Virus record (IMG/VR): IMGVR_UViG_3300044513_000191
Coordinates: 1 to 30,239 of that record
Length of the DNA: 30,239 nucleotides
Direction: 5' to 3' (one strand)
Source: a virus
Lineage: Duplodnaviria > Caudoviricetes
The notes beneath the pieces were generated by a model. That model searched no databases and had not been told where the DNA came from. It saw only the letters and a list, made by a program, of their open reading frames with translations. The first letter of the stretch is position 1. Each line of letters opens with the position of its first letter. Below are positions 1-8,082 of the stretch, piece by piece. Position numbers and translations under genes: made by a program.

Positions 1-223
1 TGTTGATTCTATGTCTCCAAATCCGTTTAATATTCCTAAAACTCCTGATGAGAAAGTTCCTGATATGTTTGTAGCACCTTTAATCCAAACTTTTCTATAA
101 TTAAATTCATCTGTACCCCAAGCAATTTCTGCATTTGATACATCTCCTACAATAAATTTACCTGTATTACCATTTGAATCAACGTGCCTAAATGTATGAG
201 ATACTTCATACCAAGTATCTTTT
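1..223. repeat. Direct terminal repeat, left copy (223 bp; circular overlap or terminal redundancy)
   Basis: 1-223 is identical to 30017-30239 except position 97 (a) vs 30113 (g). Confidence 0.97.
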
Positions 224-3120
224 TGTGGTGCATATTGACCTGTAAACCATTCAACTATTTTAATTGCAATTTCATCACTCCAATAATTAAGCTGATGATA
301 TAATATTTGACCTAATGTTCCAAAAGAAGTTATTCCCGGTGCATTTCTTAAATCTGCATTTACACTTAAAAAACTAAAAGTAAAACTACCTGTAAAGTCT
401 GTATCTACATACCCTGTTAATAATTGACCATTTAAATTGTTAAAGTCATTTGTTATTGTTGAAACTGTTGTTGTAGTTTGTACAGAAGATAACGAATCAG
501 CAAAAGCGTTTAACGTATTTGTGTTTGTTCTTGCATAAAATCTCCAATACAAAGTAGTAGGATGTGTTAATCCTATCTTTTCATAAGAAGCAACAGGAGG
601 AATATCAAATTTATTTAATGTAGTTGTTACATAAGGTACACTAGAAACAATAGTTTTTAATACATCAATGTCATCACTAGAAGTAATGTCGGTTAATGAA
701 CTAGAATATAAGAATCCATACTCGTCTATTTGTGAAGTATCTCCTACTTTACCTAATGCAGTAACTTGATAATTAAAGTGTACAGTTGTATTTGTTGGTG
801 CAGTTATTAAATAAGGTGCTATTGTTGGCTTTGTAACAACTAAAGGAACATTTTCATATACAGGTGTTGGTTCATTAATAGGAATTTCATTTGGTACTAC
901 TGTGCTAATATCAGGTATTGTAAATCCACTATTTAAATTTGAAGCATCTGCGGTTAAATAAGTTGTATCTGCTAATGATAATATTGTATCTACTGTAATT
1001 CCTAATGATGCTACAATAGATAATGTATTATATGTGTATTCTTCAAATATGTTATTTAATTCTAAAGTGCTTTCGTTGGTTTCAAAATTAGTTGTGATTT
1101 TATTTATTCTATAAATGTCATCAAATAATATTATTTTATCTGATAGTTTTAAATCAAATAACATACTCATAGGCAAATATGCCTTTACATTTGTAAGTCT
1201 TTTTCTTGGGTCAAACATATCCTTAACATAAGTTTTGTAATATGTTTCAAACAATGTCTTTTGATTTGGTGTTCCTGTGTATTCGTCAAATTCTTCATTA
1301 AAGTTTAGATTGGGTACACCTGTACCAAATACATTAAAGTAACTTACAGCATTTAAAGGCATAAATGGAGAGTTTACATCTATTCTAGCACCTTCTAAGT
1401 TAATAGCTGCTATTGGTGTTACTATTGGTTGTGCTGCATAAAACAATAATGGTTCTCCTAGATAAGGAGATTGACTTTCATCTACTGAATAACCATATTG
1501 TAAATTAGTTTTGTTTTCTGTTAAAGCTAAATTGTCGGTAACATATAAACGCTCATATTTAAAATGCTCAAATGGTAATTCTATTGTGTAATTTTGACCA
1601 TCAAATTTTTCTCCATCTTTATATGATAATGCACCCCATTCTTTGTTTGCTATGTCTTTATGATTTTTAGCTAAAAAAGATTCTGTACCTTTATACTTAA
1701 ATTCTAATTCTTTAAATGGTAATACATTATCTACTGTATTTTGAGTTTTATCAACGTGCTTTGTTATGTCCCAAGTTTTATTACTACTTGAAAAGAAAGA
1801 ATCTAATGTCTTTACTTCAATAACACCATCTGCATTTTGAAAAGCAGTTAAGTTAAACATCTTAAACAATCCTGTTATAAAGTCTATAATCTTCATATCA
1901 GGAATTATAGAACTAATACTAACTGTTTTACCACCTATCTTTTTTTCTGCACCTCCGCTTGTTGCTGTAATAGATTTTTTAGTTTTTAAAATTCCATTTG
2001 GATTATCTTCTATTGTAATATCAATATCGTAGGTTGAATCAACTAAAGTTTCTATAAAGAAAGTGTAAGTACCATTTGGTATTTCTATATTAGTAATACT
2101 TCCTGTGGTTGTTCCATTTGTAGTTGTTCCTGTTAAGTCATCAAATCTTTGAAATTCTTCTCCATCTTTTTTAATAACTAAATTGTATAAACTACTTCCT
2201 GATGGATTTACATTTACCCTTAATTCTCTTTTTGATTTATCCTCATTAAATTTATTTACAAATGAAGTACTAGAAAATCCTGATATGTCAGAAGTATCTC
2301 CAATAATATTAGATATTCCTGTAACAGGGTATTGAGCATCTTGGTCTTGAAACAATTCTCCTTCTTTATTATGCAGCCACATATAAAGATTGTAAAAAAC
2401 AATATTGTCTTTGCTAAAAAAGTCTTTACTAAAAGTTAAATTGTAGTTTGGATTATTTTCTATTGCTTTTATAATAGAATAAATTCTTATTGCTGGTTTT
2501 AATTCTGATATTGGAACTCCATAATTGCTACCTACGTTTGTTGCATATATGTTTTTAGTAGTATCTGTATTTACAACTCCTGAATCTGTATCGTATATTA
2601 ATCTGCTTTTTGTTGTTATCAATGGAAATATAATGGCATCTTCAATAGTTTCAGTAATAAAGTCCACATCTAAACCATCTTCCATATAGGATTTAATGTT
2701 AGCTGTGTTATATTGAAAATCAAGATAATGTAATTGGGTTAAATTGCTTAATTTATCTTCTCCTAAAGTATCTTTTAAGTTTACAATATTACCATAAAAA
2801 GTAAGTTTGTATGTATGTGGTTCATTGTTTTTAAGCTGTACTCCTTCTAATTTTATTTTACCATCTTTAAATGGTTTATAATTCATATAAATACTAGCAT
2901 CTACTTTTTTACGAGCATCAAAACCAACTATATTAAACCTATGGAAGTGCTTAAATATTTTGTTATTATTTTTAGATGCTGGAACATTAAAAGTTCTAGT
3001 GTAATCAGTAAACACTTTAGATATATCCCTTATATCTTGTATTGATTGCGTAAGTGTTATACTTTCATCTTTAAATAACTCAACCTGTTTACCCCCTATA
3101 TATAGTTGTATTTCTACCAT
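1..3120 (-). CDS. Large tail tip/baseplate hub protein (~1041 aa), absent from the ORF track; runs across the circular junction and stops at TAA 30013-30011
   Basis: ATG at 3120 overlaps the upstream stop (TAATG). Begins MVEIQLYIGGKQVELFKDESITLTQSIQDIRDISKVFTDYTRTFNVPAS and ends ...NGFGDIESTS*. The frame was open wherever I spot-checked it. The C-terminal part has an FN3-like segment (IDEYGFLYS...GLTHPTTLYWRFYARTN). Lies between tail genes and the tape measure gene. Confidence 0.85.
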   Translation of the reverse strand, partial: MVEIQLYIGGKQVELFKDESITLTQSIQDIRDISKVFTDYTRTFNVPASKNNNKIFKHFHRFNIVGFDARKKVDASIYMNYKPFKDGKIKLEGVQLKNNEPHTYKLTFYGNIVNLKDTLGEDKLSNLTQLHYLDFQYNTANIKSYMEDGLDVDFITETIEDAIIFPLITTKSRLIYDTDSGVVNTDTTKNIYATNVGSNYGVPISELKPAIRIYSIIKAIENNPNYNLTFSKDFFSKDNIVFYNLYMWLHNKEGELFQDQDAQYPVTGISNIIGDTSDISGFSSTSFVNKFNEDKSKRELRVNVNPSGSSLYNLVIKKDGEEFQRFDDLTGTTTNGTTTGSITNIEIPNGTYTFFIETLVDSTYDIDITIEDNPNGILKTKKSITATSGGAEKKIGGKTVSISSIIPDMKIIDFITGLFKMFNLTAFQNADGVIEVKTLDSFFSSSNKTWDITKHVDKTQNTVDNVLPFKELEFKYKGTESFLAKNHKDIANKEWGALSYKDGEKFDGQNYTIELPFEHFKYERLYVTDNLALTENKTNLQYGYSVDESQSPYLGEPLLFYAAQPIVTPIAAINLEGARIDVNSPFMPLNAVSYFNVFGTGVPNLNFNEEFDEYTGTPNQKTLFETYYKTYVKDMFDPRKRLTNVKAYLPMSMLFDLKLSDKIILFDDIYRINKITTNFETNESTLELNNIFEEYTYNTLSIVASLGITVDTILSLADTTYLTADASNLNSGFTIPDISTVVPNEIPINEPTPVYENVPLVVTKPTIAPYLITAPTNTTVHFNYQVTALGKVGDTSQIDEYGFLYSSSLTDITSSDDIDVLKTIVSSVPYVTTTLNKFDIPPVASYEKIGLTHPTTLYWRFYARTNTNTLNAFADSLSSVQTTTTVSTITNDFNNLNGQLLTGYVDTDFTGSFTFSFLSVNADLRNAPGITSFGTLGQILYHQLNYWSDEIAIKIVEWFTGQYAPQKDTWYEVSHTFRHVDSNGNTGKFIVGDVSNAEIAWGTDEFNYRKVWIKGATNISGTFSSGVLGILNGFGDIEST

Positions 3121-4103
3121 TAGCGTACATTATTTACTTTGTCAAATGCAAAATCAAAGTTTATTGTGTAATCTGTTAGTTTGTCGTTTAAACTTGTTTT
3201 AAATTGTAATGTTTTACTTGTTGGTATTACAGGTAGTGTTTTGTTTTCATATCTAATCCAAACATTTTCACTTAAAAATAATTCTTCAATAGTTTCATTC
3301 ATACTTTCTTTTATAAACCCTGTATTTAAAACTAAATTGGTTTTACCATTTACATTGTATCTTTGTGATTGACCTTCTGCTATTGAATAAGTAGATGAAG
3401 CATTAGTAACTGTATTACGTTTAAAAGTTTCATCTGATACATTAAGACTTTCAATACTCTTTTTAAAGAAGTATAAATCTTGAAAAGCACCATATTTATT
3501 TACAAACGTAATTTTAAAAGGCGTGTACTTTGGTTCACAAATATTAGTTACACTAATTGTTTTTAAAAGTGTAGTATCATCTGTATCATAAACTTGTATT
3601 GTAGAACTATTGGAAGGTATTGTAACGTACTGAATTTTTTGGTTTGTATTACCGTTATCAGTTATTTGTGTATCAACTGCATCAATAGTTACTTTTCCAA
3701 CTCCTTCTGCAAATATTGGTAATTTACCTTCTGTATTTTCAGGAATATAAATATCATTTGAACTTATAAGTACATCTCTATCTAATTCAGGGTTTGTACC
3801 ATCTTCAAAATATCCATAACCATCTGTTGCTATAAATGTAAATATTTGTGGATTAGAATAAGTGTAAGGTTCGTCTGCTTGATTAAAATAATTTACAATA
3901 GCAGTTGCCCATCTAGTATGACTTATATAATCATTATTAAATGTTACATCTAAATAATCACGAACCAACTCGCCAATCTCTAAAGTTATATTATTGTGAG
4001 TTTCTATTCTTGTTTTATTTATACTATAATTTGGTATAGAACTGTAATTGCCTTCTAAACCTTCATAAATAAATAAATCTAATTGTATTCTTTTTAAAGC
4101 CAT
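3120..4103 (-). CDS. Minor tail structural protein (distal-tail-like)
   Basis: 327 aa with ITFVNKYGAFQDLYF...LVLNTGF...EELFLSENVW motifs typical of Flavobacteria siphovirus tail proteins; within the tail operon. Confidence 0.7.
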   Translation of the reverse strand: MALKRIQLDLFIYEGLEGNYSSIPNYSINKTRIETHNNITLEIGELVRDYLDVTFNNDYISHTRWATAIVNYFNQADEPYTYSNPQIFTFIATDGYGYFEDGTNPELDRDVLISSNDIYIPENTEGKLPIFAEGVGKVTIDAVDTQITDNGNTNQKIQYVTIPSNSSTIQVYDTDDTTLLKTISVTNICEPKYTPFKITFVNKYGAFQDLYFFKKSIESLNVSDETFKRNTVTNASSTYSIAEGQSQRYNVNGKTNLVLNTGFIKESMNETIEELFLSENVWIRYENKTLPVIPTSKTLQFKTSLNDKLTDYTINFDFAFDKVNNVR

Positions 4104-4105
4104 AA

Positions 4106-5548
4106 TTATAATATTGCACCTTTTCCATCTCCACCACTTGCGCAGTTTCTTATTTGTACGTCTAAAACTATTCCTGTCGCATCAATTTGTATAAGATAAA
4201 AATCCCCAACTCCTACACCGACAGAATTAGTGTTTGAAGTAGAAACACCATAATAATATCCTTTTCCATTAAAAGGCGTTCCATTTTTACATATTTTAGT
4301 TCCCATTAATCCTGTTATCGTACTTCCTGTTGATTGAACAGTTGAAGTTGTTGTATATGTATTATCACAAAAATTATTTACAGAAGTTTTTGCAGCAGAT
4401 AAATAAAACGTGTTTGCTCCACAATCATCTATTTCAGCGGGTTGAATTAAATCTTTACTACACACTATTGTAGAACCTGCATTAGAATAACCACTAGGAA
4501 CTAATACATCAAAAGAAACTGTTCTTGCAGTATCAACTGAAACAGGAGAAAAAGAAGATGGTGTAAAATCTCCTAAAGTACCTTTACTAGCAACACCAAT
4601 ATAAATACTACCCCTTTCGCTTATAGCTTGTTTTGTAAGTCCTGCTATTTCACAAGTAAACAAAGGGTCTATTCCTACTGATGGTTGGCTAAATGTTTTA
4701 TCACAAGTAATCGTAGCACCTGCATTAGCATATCCACTTGGTACTGTAATGCTAAATGTTAATGTTACATCTCTTGCACTACCTGTATTATTAGCAGTAG
4801 TTGTTGGTGTATATCCTGTAATCGTTCCTGTTGTTTGTGGGTTTGTTACAGTTCCATCAGCTGCTATTGCACCACCTGTTAATGGAGAAGTATTACAATC
4901 GTATGTTGGCGCACCTACTACGTTTATTGTTACACTTATTGATTGAACCGCTGTACAAGTATTTGTACCACTATCATAAGCACTAGCATATAACGTAATA
5001 GAACCACCTATTACATTTGAAGTAATTGTAAGTGTTGAACCACTTATAGCAGTACTAACTAAAACAGGATTTGAATTTGTAATATTATATCCACTTATAG
5101 GATATGCACCTTGAGTAAAGTAATTAGACAAATCAATATCTACACTATTGCCACCACTATTTAAACTTTGTGAAGGAATAGAACCATTTAAAGTAATTTC
5201 AGGTGTACAAGCTGTTGGTGTTGATAGACCTGCTTGTGTAGCACTTGTTCCACATTCAAAATATACATCTTCTGTATTTGTAAATCCTGATGGTATTCTT
5301 ATAGTTACATCTATTGTTCTTACAGTATCACTACTAACTGTTGCAAACTTACCATCTGCAAAATCTCCTGCTGTACTTGTATATGAATGTACAATACCAT
5401 AATCTGCATTAGGCAAAGTAACCACTCCTTGATTATCAACAGAAAACCCAATTAGATTTGCAGTAGTACAATCATAAGTAGGTAATGGAACTGTTGGTTC
5501 TGTTAAGTGTAAATAAAACGGACTTCTAACATTTATTTTTGTACTCAT
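4106..5548 (-). CDS. Structural protein with three Cys-bounded internal repeats and an Ig-like segment
   Basis: 480 aa, Thr/Ser/Gly rich; repeats of P-x-(Y/F)-x-C...PSG(F/Y)xN...C-x5-Q are visible in the translation. Confidence 0.65.
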   Translation of the reverse strand: MSTKINVRSPFYLHLTEPTVPLPTYDCTTANLIGFSVDNQGVVTLPNADYGIVHSYTSTAGDFADGKFATVSSDTVRTIDVTIRIPSGFTNTEDVYFECGTSATQAGLSTPTACTPEITLNGSIPSQSLNSGGNSVDIDLSNYFTQGAYPISGYNITNSNPVLVSTAISGSTLTITSNVIGGSITLYASAYDSGTNTCTAVQSISVTINVVGAPTYDCNTSPLTGGAIAADGTVTNPQTTGTITGYTPTTTANNTGSARDVTLTFSITVPSGYANAGATITCDKTFSQPSVGIDPLFTCEIAGLTKQAISERGSIYIGVASKGTLGDFTPSSFSPVSVDTARTVSFDVLVPSGYSNAGSTIVCSKDLIQPAEIDDCGANTFYLSAAKTSVNNFCDNTYTTTSTVQSTGSTITGLMGTKICKNGTPFNGKGYYYGVSTSNTNSVGVGVGDFYLIQIDATGIVLDVQIRNCASGGDGKGAIL

Positions 5549-6066
5549 TTTAATCTATCTTCTTTTAACGTAAAGGCTAAGAAATCTTCTACGTCTAAGC
5601 CAAAACTATTTATTAATTCATCAGGTAACTTTTTAAATCCTTGCTCAAATGGTTTAGTAAAAAACAAAGATGGTTTAATACCTTTTCTGTATATGCTTCT
5701 TGCTATTAAATATCCTATTGTATTATAGTTACCTTTTTTATATTTTCCTTGTTCGTCTCTTAATCTTATGTTTCTACTTTGCGCCCATTGTGCTAATGGT
5801 TTAATAGGTGGCATTTTAGACTTATAACTATAAGGTGTATTGTATTTCTTTTCTGTACCACTTACTCCTTTGTCTTGGAATATACCATAATCTTCCATTT
5901 CAAAGTCTACAACAATAGAATTAGGCATAACCTTTATATTACCCTTTAAACTGTTATAAAGTTCCTTAGAAACGTTCTTATTGCTTTTAGACAACCTTGT
6001 ACGTGCTTGTTGTATAACAAAGTTTTTAAATGCTTCTAAAGCTGCTTCTGTTTTTTCTAGTCGCAT
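5545..6066 (-). CDS. Putative tail completion/neck protein (HK97 gp10-like)
   Basis: 173 aa basic protein with LYNSL, YGIFQDKGV, KMPPIKPL, IARSIYRKGIKP motifs; next to a terminator-like gene. Confidence 0.6.
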   Translation of the reverse strand: MRLEKTEAALEAFKNFVIQQARTRLSKSNKNVSKELYNSLKGNIKVMPNSIVVDFEMEDYGIFQDKGVSGTEKKYNTPYSYKSKMPPIKPLAQWAQSRNIRLRDEQGKYKKGNYNTIGYLIARSIYRKGIKPSLFFTKPFEQGFKKLPDELINSFGLDVEDFLAFTLKEDRLK

Positions 6067-6515
6067 ATTGTCATATCGTTTTGTACTACTACATCAAATG
6101 TTGCTGCCCAACCTGCTAATTTGTTTTCAAACCTATCTACAAATGGTTCACAACTTACATCTCCTTGTACTTGATACAATTCTGTGTATAAGTCTCCACG
6201 TTGTAATATGTTAATGATTCTAGTAAGTAAGGCTAATTGAGTATTCAATACATCTTGTTCGTTATCGTTTCCTACAAATATATCAGTAGTTTCTGCTTTG
6301 CTTATATCTACAATATCCATTGCTAATATAGATACGTTAAAAGTAATTGTCTTACTTCCTACTGTTGTATTGTTTACTATTATATGTGATAATGGAAATA
6401 TAGTTTGTTTGTTTAAATCCACATCATCTAAACTACCAAACGTAACTGTATTTACAAATGGCTCTGCTATTAAAGCATCTTTTAGTTTATCCGTTAAATT
6501 GTAAAAACCTTTCAT
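6057..6515 (-). CDS. Putative tail terminator protein
   Basis: 152 aa acidic beta-rich protein (FPLSHI...PFVDRFENKLAGW); size and position fit. Confidence 0.55.
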   Translation of the reverse strand: MKGFYNLTDKLKDALIAEPFVNTVTFGSLDDVDLNKQTIFPLSHIIVNNTTVGSKTITFNVSILAMDIVDISKAETTDIFVGNDNEQDVLNTQLALLTRIINILQRGDLYTELYQVQGDVSCEPFVDRFENKLAGWAATFDVVVQNDMTICD

Positions 6516-6766
6516 CTACGTTTTATTAATTGTTTTTCTAGTTCTACTTTATCTTTTTCAAATGCTAAATACATTAAACATTCGTGCACGTTTAGTTTTG
6601 TAATGTTATTAAACTTGGTAACATCCCCTTTAGCGATTCCATAGACCGATTGATACCATCCCCATTTATTCCCAAAGTTTGCTTCTGTTGAGTAGTCAGT
6701 TCTTTCTCCGTTACCTGCTCCAAATAGTTCAGGATAGTTTGTGTTAACTCGTTGCTTAAATTCCAA
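6512..6766 (-). CDS. C-terminal (-1 frame) part of the tail assembly chaperone, gpGT-like; predicted fusion 7254->6512 of ~247 aa
   Basis: No ATG of its own; the frame opens at a T9 slippery run (6773-6765) inside the upstream gene; contains YPELF...KWGWYQSVY motifs. Confidence 0.75.
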   Translation of the reverse strand: MEFKQRVNTNYPELFGAGNGERTDYSTEANFGNKWGWYQSVYGIAKGDVTKFNNITKLNVHECLMYLAFEKDKVELEKQLIKRR

Positions 6767-7254
6767 AAAAAAACCATAGCAGCAAATATTACATCTAAAG
6801 GTGCTTGTTTCATTGCTTCGGCATTTACCATACCGCTATATTCTTCTATTTGGTATTTATGTCCTTTACTGAATGTTATTGGTCTATATAGTACACTCAT
6901 TGCTTTGTGCATTGTTTGCCAATCTCCTAAGTTTTCGTCAAGGTCTATATATTCCCCAAGTGTCATATCATCTAGTACAGGTATAAAACCCATTTTAACG
7001 CCCCCTAATTCAAAAGTAGGTATTAAGGTATGTTTGGTATCAAACACTTTATTTAAGTGCATTACAATCTCTTGTACGCTTTTGTATTTAATTGTTGCTA
7101 CATCCTTTAAATCAAGGTTACAAAATATCTGCACCATCTTTTGAAGTAAGAAGGTAGTATCTTGATTTTCTTTAGTGTTTAGCTTTTCAAACTTTTGATA
7201 TTGACCTAAAGTAATTTCTTTAAGTGTATCAGGTACGTTTATTTCAATCTTCAT
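6592..7254 (-). CDS. Tail assembly chaperone, gpG-like
   Basis: 220 aa; EITLGQYQ, TLGEYIDLD and MSVLYRP motifs; contains the slippery site ATG GTT TTT TTT TGG. Confidence 0.7.
   Translation of the reverse strand: MKIEINVPDTLKEITLGQYQKFEKLNTKENQDTTFLLQKMVQIFCNLDLKDVATIKYKSVQEIVMHLNKVFDTKHTLIPTFELGGVKMGFIPVLDDMTLGEYIDLDENLGDWQTMHKAMSVLYRPITFSKGHKYQIEEYSGMVNAEAMKQAPLDVIFAAMVFFWNLSNELTQTILNYLEQVTEKELTTQQKQTLGINGDGINRSMESLKGMLPSLITLQN
6765..6774 (-). other. Predicted -1 programmed ribosomal frameshift site (G followed by T9)
   Basis: Plus strand 6765-6773 is nine A; the -1 frame stays open for 84 codons from this point. Confidence 0.75.
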
Positions 7255-7260
7255 ATATAT

Positions 7261-7286
7261 ACAATAATTTAATTGCTAATTTGTAT
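7261..7286 (-). promoter_or_regulatory. Late promoter motif copy 1 (ATACAA-N13-TTATTGT), upstream of the tail operon
   Basis: Plus strand acaataa-13 nt-ttgtat; 6 nt from ATG 7254. Confidence 0.7.
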
Positions 7287-7300
7287 AAAAGGTAATAAAA

Positions 7301-7326
7301 AGAAAAAGGTAACATTTCTGCTACCT
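7301..7326 (-). terminator. Rho-independent terminator
   Basis: AGGTAGCA-GAAA-TGTTACCT hairpin followed by a T-tract. Confidence 0.75.
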
Positions 7327-7355
7327 AATTCCCAACCATACCCAAATGAAAAGTT

Positions 7356-7574
7356 TTAATGTCCTAATATAAATCTATTGTATGCGTATTTATATGCTTC
7401 TTCTATTTTGTTTTCTAATTCAATACTGTTTTGCTTGTAGGGTATTTCTTTTCCCTTTATTTTGGTCTTACCTTTGTAGTCTATGTAAAGTGTAACTTCT
7501 TCACATTTGTACCCACCTTGTTTAGTAGGTTTTTGCACTACATATATTTCTTCGTACCAACACGCTTCTCTCAT
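7356..7574 (-). CDS. Hypothetical protein (early island)
   Basis: ATG at 7574 (MREACWYEE...); the track extends it to a non-ATG start at 7589. Confidence 0.65.
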   Translation of the reverse strand: MREACWYEEIYVVQKPTKQGGYKCEEVTLYIDYKGKTKIKGKEIPYKQNSIELENKIEEAYKYAYNRFILGH

Positions 7575-7575
7575 T

Positions 7576-7770
7576 TTATAATCCTCCAATGATTCTAACT
7601 ATTGCATCACTAATCCAATCAAATGCAACTAGCATATTTAAAAATAGAACTAAACTTAATGCTCCACCTATTCCAACTGCTGCACCACCTAATAAAACTT
7701 TTACCACTTGCTTTCTGTTTTCTTTAGCAATCAGTTCTTTAATCATTGTGTATTCTGTTTTGTTTTCCAT
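7576..7770 (-). CDS. Small single-pass membrane protein (early island)
   Basis: 64 aa with a Gly-rich hydrophobic stretch VLLGGAAVGIGGALSLVLFLNMLVAF. Confidence 0.7.
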   Translation of the reverse strand: MENKTEYTMIKELIAKENRKQVVKVLLGGAAVGIGGALSLVLFLNMLVAFDWISDAIVRIIGGL

Positions 7771-7789
7771 AATATAATTATTGGTTAAT

Positions 7790-7810
7790 AAAAGGGGAGT
7801 TGCCTCCCCT
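7790..7810 (-). terminator. Rho-independent terminator
   Basis: AGGGGAG-GCAA-CTCCCCT hairpin with a GNRA loop and a short T-tract. Confidence 0.75.
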
Positions 7811-7829
7811 GGTTGTTATGTTAAATTGG

Positions 7830-8003
7830 TTAAAACTTTACTGTAAAGTCTTTTATTAAGTTTTCTATTTTAAATCTAGTGTCAAAATCTACAGGATAAA
7901 AGTCACATAAACTTCTGAATCTTAATCTAGCCTCTTTGTTAGTATATTTACCTTGTGATAGTAATCTTACAAATGTTTCTAAATCTTGTGTCATTGCTTT
8001 CAT
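7830..8003 (-). CDS. Hypothetical 57-aa protein (not in track), probably early
   Basis: MKAMTQDLETFVRLLSQGKY...KDFTVKF*; sits between a host-type promoter and a terminator. Confidence 0.65.
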   Translation of the reverse strand: MKAMTQDLETFVRLLSQGKYTNKEARLRFRSLCDFYPVDFDTRFKIENLIKDFTVKF

Positions 8004-8035
8004 AATTTCTAGTTGTTTGTTTTTGTTTTACTCTG

Positions 8036-8065
8036 TAAAGATATAAACATTTTTTTAACTACAAA
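8036..8065 (-). promoter_or_regulatory. Host-type (Bacteroidota sigmaA) promoter
   Basis: TTTG (8065-8062), 18 nt spacer, TATCTTTA (8043-8036); close to the TTTG / TAnnTTTG consensus. Confidence 0.6.
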
Positions 8066-8082
8066 ACTTTTTTTTACTTTTT

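Noticed and set aside
1-3119. Apparent 3 kb gap in the ORF track (possible non-coding region or recoded stop codons)
   Set aside because: It is one open minus-strand frame whose stop lies across the circular junction. TAA, TAG and TGA all end genes normally, so there is no sign of recoding.
6512-6773. Sequencing frameshift or pseudogene at the A9 run
   Set aside because: Both frames give plausible protein after the run and the layout matches programmed tail-chaperone frameshifts; reported as a finding instead.
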